Positions 10,986 to 22,029 of a stretch of 64,000 nt of DNA are shown one piece after another; within the stretch, counting starts at the first letter, position 1, and each line of letters starts with the position of its first letter. The translations under genes were made by a program, and so were the position numbers. The stretch is taken from NCBI GenBank assembly GCA_051530055.1, contig CM121341.1:10890784-10954783 (forward strand). The letters are read 5' to 3'. Under the pieces are notes generated by a model. It made no database searches and was not told where the DNA came from. It was given only the letters and a program-made list of their open reading frames with translations. The DNA comes from Neoechinorhynchus agilis. Taxonomy: Eukaryota; Animalia; Acanthocephala.

Positions 10986-12890
10986 TCACATTTCTTTAAA
11001 ATTATATGACGAAAAGAAACCGCTAATTTTGGCGTGCGATGCAAGTGACTATGGTATTGGAGCCGCCTTATTTCAGGCCGATGGTCATGGACCCAGGGAA
11101 GCGCCAATCATGTTGACATCACGAAAACTTAATCCCACGGAAGTGCGATATGCTACCATAGACAAAGAAGCCTTAGCCATCGTGCACGCAATCATGCGTT
11201 TTCATAAATACCTTTATGGGCGGCATTTTGTGTTAGAAACTGATCACCAACCGTTAAAGCACATATTCGGGTACCAGAGGGACCTCAGCAAGATGACCAA
11301 CGGAAGCTTAGTGCGTTGGGCGATAATGCTAAACGAATATAACTTCGATATAAGATACGTTAAAGGAAAAACAAATTTGTATACTGACTGCTTATCGAGA
11401 TTACCGAACGATCAGAAGAAATTTACTGTTAATTCAGTAGATGTAAAGTTACTAGCTGCAAATCACCAACAACGCGTTGAGGAGATACAGTTGTCGCGAA
11501 AAACGCTCGAGTTAGCAACTAAGCAGGATCGGACGTTCAAAAAGCTGCGGCAGCAATTGAAATACGGCTGGTCATCTAAAATGGACAGAGTTGATGATGC
11601 ATACTGGAACCGGAGGGACGAATTGGCGGAGGAAAACGGCCTTATGTTATATCAACATAAGCTCGTTATTCCGAAATGTTTGCGATTGAAGGTACTCGAA
11701 AACCTCCACAAGGGACACCCGGGAATTGAGTCGATGAAAAGACTCAGTAGACATGTTGTGTGGTGGCCACGAATTGGGGACGACATTGAGAGGTACGTGG
11801 GAAGATGCACACATTGTCAAAAATCGAGATCCGCGATGCCGAAATAGTCACTGTTCAGATGGGACATACCACGCCGTGTGTGGAACCGGTTACATTTGGA
11901 TTTGGCGGGCCCAATAAAGAACAAGATGTTCCTGATTCTGGTTGATGCTACAAGCAAATGGGTGGAGATATGGAATTTGGGTGAAAAGTCGACTACATCG
12001 AATATCATATACAATCTTAAAGATTGTTTTGCGAGGTTTGGCGTGCCCAATACAATCATCACGGACAATGGGCCTCAATTCAAATCGGAAGAGTTTGAGC
12101 AATTCTGTTCGAATAGAGGAATCAAGCACGGTTCAACAAGTCCGTACCACCCGCAAACGAATGGCCTCGCGGAACGTATGGTGGGAACGTTCAAACGAAG
12201 GACCAAGAGCGACGATGGAAAGGTGACACAAGAAGAGCTTTGGGATTTTCTGTTGAGTTATCGGAATACGGAGAACAGTATGACAGGGATTTCGCCCGCG
12301 CGCGTTATGATGGGACGGCAATTGCCCTCGATTTTCGATAATTTAAAAAATCACGAGTCAGTCGCGGAAAAGTATACGAGGGAAGATGACCATAAGAGGA
12401 AATTCAGGGAATTCGAGAAAGGGCAAGCGATTTGGTTTAAAAGACCTATTGATCAGACGTGGAACGAAGGCGAGATAACGGATAGAAGCGGCCCTGTTTC
12501 ATATACGATCGAAGATAGTAATCAGAGAGAGCACAGGATTCACGGAGACTTTTTAAAGTACAGAGAAGAAGAAGCTGAATCCGGAAAAGAGGAGGAAGGG
12601 AATAAGATGGGAAACAGCTCACCGATCGAAGACAAGCGAGACGAGAAAGAAGACGATCCAAAATTACAGAGATTGGAAGACGATCCATTATTAGAAAGAT
12701 CCGAACCTGAACATACTATTGCTCTTCGAAGAAGTACACGTACCAGACGCCCGCCAGAAGTTTGGAGACGATAAGGGGGAGATGTCAAGAGTTATCCCCG
12801 AAAGAATCATATACGTAGTGCATGCGAACATAGGTTGTGAACGTGTGTGGTGTGCGCGCTACATCGAATAAAACATGACACACATGTTTC
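10986..12890 (+). mobile_element. Ty3/Gypsy RNase H-integrase, PPT and start of the 3' LTR
   Basis: LACDASDYGIGA, YATIDKEALA, TDHQPL, HKGHPG, LHLDLAGP, TDNGPQF; AAGGGGGAGA then TGTCA at 12783; one in-frame stop near 11845. Confidence 0.92.
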
Positions 12891-13720
12891 CAGGAGCAAA
12901 CTGGAGAAATCACCCAGTTGCTTTGCCAAATAATGCCGAGTATCTTGACTTGATGTTATCAATTGCAGGATACAAGGAGTAGCGACCTTAGCCGAACGAA
13001 CGATTTCGTATACCAGATTGAAAAATATACTTGGCGAGGATATCTCTAACTTTCCTTTTGCCCTATGTGATTTAGATTTGAGAATAAATTGGCCCATTCG
13101 TTTAACAGATTCATGTAAAGAAGGTACAAAAAGAATCTAATGTCGCTATTGCAGCATCGTAGTTTGATTCCTTTACCACTACAGTGAGATCATCCGCATA
13201 CAAAGTCAAACAAGGGCGAAGTATTCAATTCTGCACAATAAACTGTGTTACCATGACAAAGAGGATAGGTGAAAGCGGTGATCTTTCAGGGGCGCCTATA
13301 GTTGGGTAGAAAAAGCACTTTTGTAAATCATCTTGGAAATAAAAGTGCTTGGACCTCAGATTGTTGTTAACCCGAGCGATGATGTTATAGGAAAAACTAA
13401 ACAGTCCAATCCGACGTTATCACAGGCTTTTGTGATATCGAAAGTGATTGATATGTTCGTAGACCGGACATCGTAGGTAAAGTATTGGATAATCTCTTTT
13501 ATCACGGTATGAACTGACTTTCCGGGATTACTGGAATTTTCCTCTGAATACATTATTAGATTTCCAACGAAAAAACCAAATGCTTAAAAGCTCCATCTCT
13601 TTCGTCAGCATCCTCTCTCGCGTGAACGTCCTCAAAAGTCGAAAACAATTGGCGATACAATTAAATCTTCATCGCCGCGCTCACCTTCATGGCTGGTAAA
13701 AGTCCCGTAACCCAGCCTCT
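12890..13720 (-). repeat. Inverted duplicate of ~24785-25590 (subtype-2 RT core plus 5' head of element D)
   Basis: Near-identical reverse-complement match, e.g. identical or near-identical ORFs 13356-13553 and 24951-25148. Confidence 0.9.
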
Positions 13721-14410
13721 AAGAGAATCACCTGTTCGCCAAAAAATATCTTTCTTCAAAAAAAACGTAGAGAAATGGTTGCTAGAATGTAAACCGGACT
13801 TGATACTGGGGGACTTTAACTCAAATGGAGCGGTGGCACTGAATCACTGGTCTTCGAACTATAACGTTCATATGCCGAGCTCACCCACCTTCCATTCGAA
13901 AAACTCCCACCCTTATTTAGACCTTTTGTTCTCCCGGAAGGAATTAAACTTGGTGGCAAATGTTACCGGACAATTTTTTGATAACAAAAAAGTGGGCCAT
14001 GACATGCTAATATATAGTCCAGGTTCCTATGGACTGAGAACAAAAGTCGATTTTTAGTCTTGCGGCCATTAAGCTTTTTAATGAAATCTTATAATCTCTG
14101 ATAAATGATAAAGGTATGGTTTCTATGGGGACATATAACAGCATAGTATCGATTGCTGCAAAAAAATTACAAATTACTGTTAGGCCAGTTAGGAGTAATC
14201 GTGCTTTTGTACCAAATGCAGCGAACTACCACATCACACGAATTTGCGAAGCCAAAGGAGATTCTCTGGGTTCTCAGTACTGGATGGGGAAATTTTATAA
14301 AAATTTATATTGGGAGAGTATAGAAAAAGATAGGTTAAATCTATCAATTTCAAGCATTTCTGCAGAAAAAATTCTGGGACATAATTTTAGAGAAAAAGAG
14401 AACTGACTGG
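13720..14410 (+). pseudogene. APE C-terminal half and linker of subtype-1 copy B
   Basis: LILGDFNSNG, SPTF, PYLDL, GHDMLIY. Confidence 0.75.
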
Positions 14411-14589
14411 AAAATGAAAGCAGCCTCTTGGATAGGGGAAATTTCATACACTAATGTAATAGAAAGGATTTTATTCCACCATATCTTGGGGGCCAAAAAA
14501 ACCCATACATATGGCCTGAGAATGAAAAATGTTCCTTCGGGAATATAAATATAGAACAGGTACTTAAAAGTTGGAAGGGCAACTCTTCT

Positions 14590-15951
14590 TTGGCCATGGA
14601 TGGAAAAGATGTCTCTCCTAAGGTAATGGATATGCTAGATGAAAGAAATAAAGTTGTATTTTGGACTAAAATGGATAAGAACTTGTCCTTTTTTGAACTA
14701 ATGAAATTTAACATAGTGAAGAAGGTGATAATTCCAAAAAATAAGAACAGAATAATGTCTCCAACGGAGGTGCGTTTTATCGCAATTCAAAACGCAGTTA
14801 TTTCTATTATGGAAAGATGCTTGAATAATACCCTTATGGATTTATTATCGAAAAGAAAAAAGATCCCAAATATCTTTCACGGTTTTATAAAGGGCAAAAG
14901 CGTAAACACTTTATTGACAGAACATCATAGATTGAACAGTACTCACTCAAAGGTTCACAAAGCAGTAGTTCAATTAGATATTAGCAGAGCGTTTGATGCT
15001 ATAGATAGAGGTTTTATATACGAAGCATGTCGCAACATGAAGCTTCCGAGAAATTTATTGGAACAAATAAAATTCCTTATGGAATCTAAACCTTATTTTG
15101 TAGAGATGGATCCCAGCTCTGAAAATTTTTACACTAAATATGGAGTACCCCAGGGATCTCCCCTATCATCAACTCTGTTTCTGATTGGGATGATAAAAAT
15201 CATGAAGGATCTCAAAAGGGAGCTGAACGGTTTCAATTTTTTGGTATACGCAGACGATATCTTTATTTTTATTCATCATAAAATCAAAGAGCGTGCATGT
15301 AGAATGATTGAGTACGGAATTTGTAAAATTAATGAAGCAATGAAAATGGCGAATCTAGCGATCAACAGAGCAAAGACGAACCTCATCCCAATAACGGACT
15401 CAAGCGCTGCGAGACTAAAACTTCTAAAAGCGATGCGTGAAGACAAAAATTTGGAAGGGTTAAAAATCATGACAAGGACTCGAATTCTGGGAATAAACTT
15501 TCCCGCTTTAAACAAAAGTACGATTACAAACTCAGCACTTGGATCTACATACAAAAAGATAAAGATGGTCTGTAAAAGAATGAAGCATCTCGGGATCGAG
15601 AAATGTTTTCCAATTCAAATTTTGAAAACTATGGCTGCATCATCTTTCTGTTTTTTAGGCAGAGGAAGGCCACCGGATATGGGACTTCACTTTGCAACCA
15701 ACTTGATTAAACGGATAACTGCATTCTGCCGATTAGTGAATGAGAAGGCAGCCATGGAAATAAACTCATTCCTCAAACGTATTTTTATACAAAACATATG
15801 GAAGTACTCAATGGCCAAGAAAAAAGCACGAATACAAATAGAGCAAGGAAATTACTACTTTGAATACACACACGGAATGTCACGTCTAAAGATTGAAGAA
15901 ACAATCCAAATCAATCGACAAAAATGGAGTCCGTATCTGAAAAGGTTTTAG
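14590..15951 (+). CDS. Non-LTR reverse transcriptase (subtype 1, copy B), open for 453 aa
   Basis: IIPK, VRFIAIQN, FHGFIKGKS, QLDISRAFD, GVPQGSPLS, YADD, RILGI, GRGRPP. Confidence 0.9.
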   Translation: MAMDGKDVSPKVMDMLDERNKVVFWTKMDKNLSFFELMKFNIVKKVIIPKNKNRIMSPTEVRFIAIQNAVISIMERCLNNTLMDLLSKRKKIPNIFHGFIKGKSVNTLLTEHHRLNSTHSKVHKAVVQLDISRAFDAIDRGFIYEACRNMKLPRNLLEQIKFLMESKPYFVEMDPSSENFYTKYGVPQGSPLSSTLFLIGMIKIMKDLKRELNGFNFLVYADDIFIFIHHKIKERACRMIEYGICKINEAMKMANLAINRAKTNLIPITDSSAARLKLLKAMREDKNLEGLKIMTRTRILGINFPALNKSTITNSALGSTYKKIKMVCKRMKHLGIEKCFPIQILKTMAASSFCFLGRGRPPDMGLHFATNLIKRITAFCRLVNEKAAMEINSFLKRIFIQNIWKYSMAKKKARIQIEQGNYYFEYTHGMSRLKIEETIQINRQKWSPYLKRF

Positions 15952-16049
15952 TTCTTCACTCTCTAACATGTGGCTGGATCTTGAGATCGATCATGAAGCT
16001 GATGGAGAGCGGAAAGAACAAAAACAACTACCTAAAACATTTGCAACTG

Positions 16050-16960
16050 AAATTCGGATAAAAAATTAGGATATATCGAGAAACATTTTGTACACGCCGT
16101 TATATATAAAAATGGTCACCCAATATCATGGGATCTTCTGGATATTTACAAAATCAAATCAACCACATACAACCCAACCCTAATAACTTTCCTTATTTGG
16201 AGCTCCCGACGAAAAAATAGCCGTTTATTATCTTGCTAAAAACCAATCCCATACAACTTATAGACATGATACATCACCGATTCCTCTCATCCTGATTAAA
16301 AACCATAACTGATGACAAGAAGCACATCAAATCTATTACATGCTTTGCTGGAGCTTGAAAATATATTTCAGCGACAATCTCTTTAGCCAACAATTCGTGG
16401 GATTTGTGAATTCTCACTGCGATCTAACAGGAGTGGATATTATCGAAACAAATATCGAATCAGCATTCATCGCTACCGGAATATCACCTAGTATAGAAAA
16501 CGACGATCGGAAAAGTTTTGAGGAAAAATTCAAATGTAAGATTCGGTTTTTCCTGAAATCTAAAAAGAACTGGATTTTCAATTCATGTTCTAACAACTCG
16601 AAGTAGATGCTTTCAGGGTACGGAGATTAAATTTTTCACCAACGAGATCTCTCGTCAGGACGATTTCTATTACTCACGTTGTTCAGGATGTCAGAAATGG
16701 GGCCATTGGGCTCAAAAATGTCCCACCAAGAAAATTACTTTCCTTTATTGTGCATTAAATAACAGTAGTGACAATTGCCCCAGAACAGCAAAGAGGTGCT
16801 CGAACTGTGGGTAGAATGGCCATTTCGCTTTTTCGAAATCATGTTCAGAATTCAGGAAATATATGATTTGGACGCAGCAAAAGCATCTCGACAGTGCAAT
16901 CAAGGGAACTGTATGGCAGCACAAACGATCCTCCAAGACAAACCTCGCAGCGTAGGTCAT
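16050..16960 (+). pseudogene. Subtype-2 gag remnant downstream of RT B
   Basis: ESAFIATGISP..DRKSFEEKF..FFLKS and CSGCQKWGHW match ORF 28967-29866. Confidence 0.75.
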
Positions 16961-16974
16961 TTATGACTTAGTTT

Positions 16975-18700
16975 TTACAAGTTTGGACGCCGAGACTTTA
17001 TGCCGGCTGAGGAGTTTCGTCGCCAACCTGCCACCGCCCGACGATCGGTACAACGCGCTGAAAAGTCGCTTGAAACAGATCTTTAGCATTCCCGAATTTC
17101 GGCGGATGCAGGAGATAGGGGAGATAACAACCAAGGAGGACACCCCCTCGCGCCTACTGAAACGCATGTTGGCGTTGTACGCTCCGAACTCGTACCCGGC
17201 AGCTGATCCCTTGTTTCTGTACCACTTCATCAACAAGCTGCCGACGAAGGTCCGTGAAGTGGTCGCCTCCATGGATACTCTCGATCTGACCGCACTGGCC
17301 GAAGTCGCAGACAAATTTTTCTTCCAAATAACAGACGACTCCACAATCTGCGCGATCGATCAAGCAAGCCCGATCAGGCCGGGCCCGATACTCGTGGAAC
17401 TTCATAATAGCCGACGTCAGACACCCCATCCTTGGTTCCGATTTCCTCCGAAACGTCGGGCTAATGATCGATTTGCAGGCCAAGAGACTTGTCGCCACTT
17501 CACGAACCACCGTCATTCCCTTGGAGGCACCGAGGTCAACTCAACTGGTCAGCGTCCTGACCAGGCCCAGTAACAACTTCGAGGCCTTGCTCCTCAAATA
17601 CCCGTCTGTCCTTACACCGAGATTCGACTCGGCTGCGCGGCACCATGTACAACATCACATAGTGACACGCGGTCCACCAAGACACGCGCACTCGGCTGCG
17701 CGGCACCATGTACAACATCACATAGTGACACGCGGTCCACCAAGACACGCACGGGCACGGCGCCTTGCTCCAGCTATCCTCCGGACGGTTAAAGAAGAGT
17801 TTAGGAAGCTCGAACAGATGGGGATCATCCGCAAGTCAAGCAGTCCGTGGTCGAGTCCCCTTCACACAGTCGACAAGGCCGACGGAACCAAGCGGCCCTG
17901 CGGAGACTACAGACAAGTAAACGATGCGACGGAGCCAGACAGGTACCCTCTGCCGCACATCCACGACTTTGTCGGCAACCTGCACGGATGTTCGGTTTTT
18001 GCAAAGATCGACCCAAAGACGGCGATCATCACCCCATTCGGCCTTTGGGAGTACACTCGGATGCCGTTCGGTCTACGCAACAGCGCCCAGACCTTCCAGA
18101 GGTTTATGGACTCCGTCCTAGGCGACCTACCGTACATTTTCGTCTACATCGACGACATCCTCGTCGCTTCTCGCAACAGGGCGGAACACCTCAGACACCT
18201 GGAGGTACTCCTCAAACGACTACAGGAGTTCGGCCTCGTCATCAACGCGGAGAAATGCAGGTTCGGTCTCAGCTCCGTCGATTTCCTTGGCCACACGGTT
18301 TCGGGCGCCGGCACCCTACCCGACAAGGTGAAGAGCATCCGCGAGTTTCCTAAGCCCTCGACGATGATCGAGCTACAGCGGTTCCTGGGGATGGTCAACT
18401 ACTACCATCGTTTCCTCCCCCGAGCCGCGACGTCCACCCCAAGGCCAAGAAGAACATTGTCCAGTGGGACCCAGAATCGTCGCAGGCCTTCCAAGACACA
18501 AAGTAGCTACTGGCACATGCGGCCCTCCTTGCTCACCCCAACACAGAAGCAGCGCTCGCCATCATCACTGATGCCTCGGACCTGGCAGTCGGCGCAACCC
18601 TCCAGCAACGGAAACAAGGCGGTACATGGCAGCCCCTCTCCTTCTTCAGCAGGAGGCTGCGCGATGCTGAGACAAGGTACAGCACCTACGATAAAGAGCT
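16975..18700 (+). mobile_element. Ty3/Gypsy gag and RT (protease apparently deleted), GC-rich
   Basis: Gag RYNALKSRL; RT SSPWSSPLH, RPCGDYR, DRYPLP, MPFGLRNSAQTFQ, YIDD, FLGH. Confidence 0.9.
17627..17751 (+). repeat. In-frame 63-bp tandem duplication
   Basis: SAARHHVQHHIVTRGPPRHA occurs twice. Confidence 0.9.
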
Positions 18701-20237
18701 TGAAACCTGGACTCGTGATAAAAGTTCCTGATTACACGACTTCGATTTCGACATTCGCTAGAAACCATAACCAATGCTCTTCATTGTCATCAATTAATTC
18801 CTCGTCCACCACCAGCTCTTCGTCTGTCAGGTCTTCATTCAAACGGAAACGTATTCGAAAAACCCATGTTCATAAATCATCATCACCGGTGACTGAACCG
18901 AGTCCGGAAACAAAATGGATTGATATCGTCTTGTTCGTTATTATTCTTATGACACTCGTAACTTCCACAATGATGTACGCAAGAGTGGATAATCTGGAGA
19001 AGTGGTTGAATGAACTTGCCAGAAAGCCGTGTTGGAAATCTTGAAACTGAGGAATGGGATGTGTTTGCATAGGTTTAGATGGTAATTAAACATTGATGAG
19101 AATTCGTGTGATAATCAATCGAAAAAAAATATATTAACAAATTCAAGCGATAAAATCTCGGGATTTTCAATGTTTACTTAAGAAACCCCTATAAGGACCG
19201 TTAATGGTCCGTAAACCCTCTCTATATGAGCCCCGAGATTTATTTCTCATATACCGAAGTATTCTATATCAATTTATATCACAGGCCGCGTTTTCATCGT
19301 GTTTGATTTTTTATTCCTTTCTCAAAAGCGCAAAGTCCATTCCAAATCTTACAGTGAATCCATTTGCACCTCTGAGGTTGCTTTGAGAAAGCTGGTTCAA
19401 ATTTTTATACCATACATCCGACCATTTAGTCCTATTTTCACTCTAAAGATACGACTCTAATTACCAAAGGCATTTCAGCAATATTATCGACGCGGACTTT
19501 GTATCCTATTTATAAATCGCTTCAAAATATACCTCGCAAAAATCAATTGAACATGCGTTTTGACGATTAAATATCTCTCGAGTTCCATTTTGCTGATTAT
19601 CTTTAGAAGGAGTGCTTATATTCGGCATGGGAGTAAAGTCAATAGTGTCGAAATAAATCAAAAAAATCCGCCAGTGAGCAGTACGTTTTGCATCACTTTT
19701 TGGGGAGTATAAGCGAAAATTTGCTCGATGAATATATTTGGTATTTCTTTAAACGAGCTTCATAAAATCAAAAGCTTTAAAAAACACGACCTTTGATTAT
19801 GAGACAGGTATCGGAAATGAGTTAACCCTTGAATACTACTAAAGTTCGCTCGTTTGTCGATGTCCATTTTAATTTATTGCCTCAAGTATTAGTTATAAAT
19901 TCTACAGAGAACGTTGTGTTGCATAGCTAATAATTAAAAAGCTGAAATGAAAGCAAATTATGATATTTTCTAAGATTCGAATGTGCATTTAGTAAAAAAA
20001 TTGTTTATTAGCAAGTTGTTCACAATAAACGTATTTTAAATAAAAAACGAATTTTAGTGAAATTCTACGCTCTATTATTGTTGTTATTGCATGTAGAATT
20101 TAAAGGTTTTAAACGAAAAGACGATTGGGAAGTATCAGACAAAACTTGACTGGTGTATTTGATTACAGAAAAAAGGAACAGAACCAAATTTAAGAAAATC
20201 TAAGAATTTTAATCGGTAGCAATACGAAAAAGAATTA

Positions 20238-20537
20238 TTATTCCAAAGATTGAGATGGATCGTTGTTTTTGATTTTCAGATACCTGCTATACAGTTTAGC
20301 GGCGTCCGTTTGGAGACTGTTGACTTCGTCAAATAATTGGCTAACATGGTGATGTAAATTATCAATGTTTGATACGCGAGAAAGATTATCCCCTTTCATT
20401 ACAGTCGTGTGCAGCTTATTGAGATGCCCTGATAGTTTATTCTGTGATTGGGCGCACTCATCGGCAGCTTTATGCAGACGCTTGAGCTCTTGACGGAATC
20501 TTTCTTCAGACATTTGGGATAAATCTACAAAGGACAT
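20238..20537 (-). CDS. Hypothetical 99-aa coiled-coil protein
   Basis: Isolated ORF in AT-rich DNA with AAAATG start context and amphipathic helical pattern; no recognised homolog. Confidence 0.35.
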   Translation of the reverse strand: MSFVDLSQMSEERFRQELKRLHKAADECAQSQNKLSGHLNKLHTTVMKGDNLSRVSNIDNLHHHVSQLFDEVNSLQTDAAKLYSRYLKIKNNDPSQSLE

Positions 20538-20879
20538 TTTTATAAGTTTTCATAGCCTTCAAACAGTTGACAGATTGTCATTCAGCATCAATTTTTTAAT
20601 TTTTATTTGATTTAGTCTTCTTTCTTTAGACTTCCGAAAGTGTGAGTAATCACAATAGAAAATTTGGTTGCGACTGAACGAAGATCTTTAAAAGCTGGTC
20701 CATCGTCGAGTATTAAAGAAGTCAAAGTTACTTAAATAAAGTCAATTCCTATGAGTATAGCAGCGCGAGGCGTAAGCAAAAGACCAAAATCGTTTAATTT
20801 TTATTTTGAGGTAGCAGTAATTTAGTTCTTCGCAACATTAATGGTAAAATAGAATTTAACAGCTTCCTTCAGTCAAACA

Positions 20880-21810
20880 ATTCGAATTTTTCGAAAGCTT
20901 CTTTAGTTTGAAGTACTTTCTGCTTTTCGATCAATCGTACAACTCGAAAGTAAGAACTAGAAGAAGATTGATTTTTCAATAATTCTATCCTTCTAAAAAA
21001 GATGATTCTCTGACGATAATAAAACGTAAAGTAAATAAATGAATATGTCGACGTTATACGATTGACGCTAAAGAAAAAAACCGTGCTTCTTCCGTATTTA
21101 CACCGTTTTCATCCTCAACGTCGAATCGAGTGCGCGCTTCGTTTCACCATTTTTATGCAACGGCGTCGATGTGCTCTTCCAAGTGACTTAAAGTGAGATC
21201 GAGCATTTCGACTGCTTAAAGTGTGAGTTATTAATGCTCAATTGAAAAGGTACGCAATTACGGTAATTTTTCTAAATGAGGAAATCATCTAATCTCCTCG
21301 CTGTTTTTTCTGCCTTCTAAATTCGAAACATTTCAACCGTTCCGAGCCTTTTCGTGCGCTGCGATTTGTTGAGTTCGCTTTGGATTTAAGCGCTTGGTTT
21401 CTCTTTTGGTTGTCTTCGGGTCAAGTATTCTGCTGTGTTCCATTATAATCTTCAATATGCCACTAGGTATTCACTAGCGTTTTTTGTTTGTTCTTTACTC
21501 CTTTATGGTGTTAACTTGTCATTTGGTAAACATTCGTTTCAGAGCTACTTTCTTGCAGGTATTCTAGCTCAGTGTATATATTATTCAAGGTAAAAAATTA
21601 TAGTACCCTCGCATAGCGTTAAGAAGGACGCCTATAACTCTAGATACGGTTTCGCTTCCTGTCACCTCAACTAAATTGGTTAGATGGAGCTCGAGCATTT
21701 CGACTGCTTAAAGTGGGTAGTTATAAATGTTCAATTAAAAATGTAATCAATCCTACAATTTTTTCATGGAACTACGGTAATATTTTGAAATGAGGAAATC
21801 ATCTAATCTC
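20880..21810. repeat. Non-coding repeat family S (also 40125-40710 and 38085-38150; internal sub-repeat)
   Basis: Long direct matches, e.g. GTAAAGTAAATAAATGAATATGTCGACG and GAGCATTTCGACTGCTTAAAGTG. Confidence 0.85.
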
Positions 21811-22029
21811 CTTGTTGGTTTTTGGTTTGTAAAAAATTATAGTATCCTCGCATTTCTTTCTAAGGCAAGTTAATGTCAAAGTTTTTTCATCATATAACAA
21901 TGATATAAAGAAGCAGTATGGCGATACCGGCCTTAAGCATGTTAACCAACCAGTGGTTACGGAAATTAAGCTATATAGTACCAAGGAAGGACTAACATTC
22001 TTGAAAACGTGTGGGGATGAAGATCTTTT

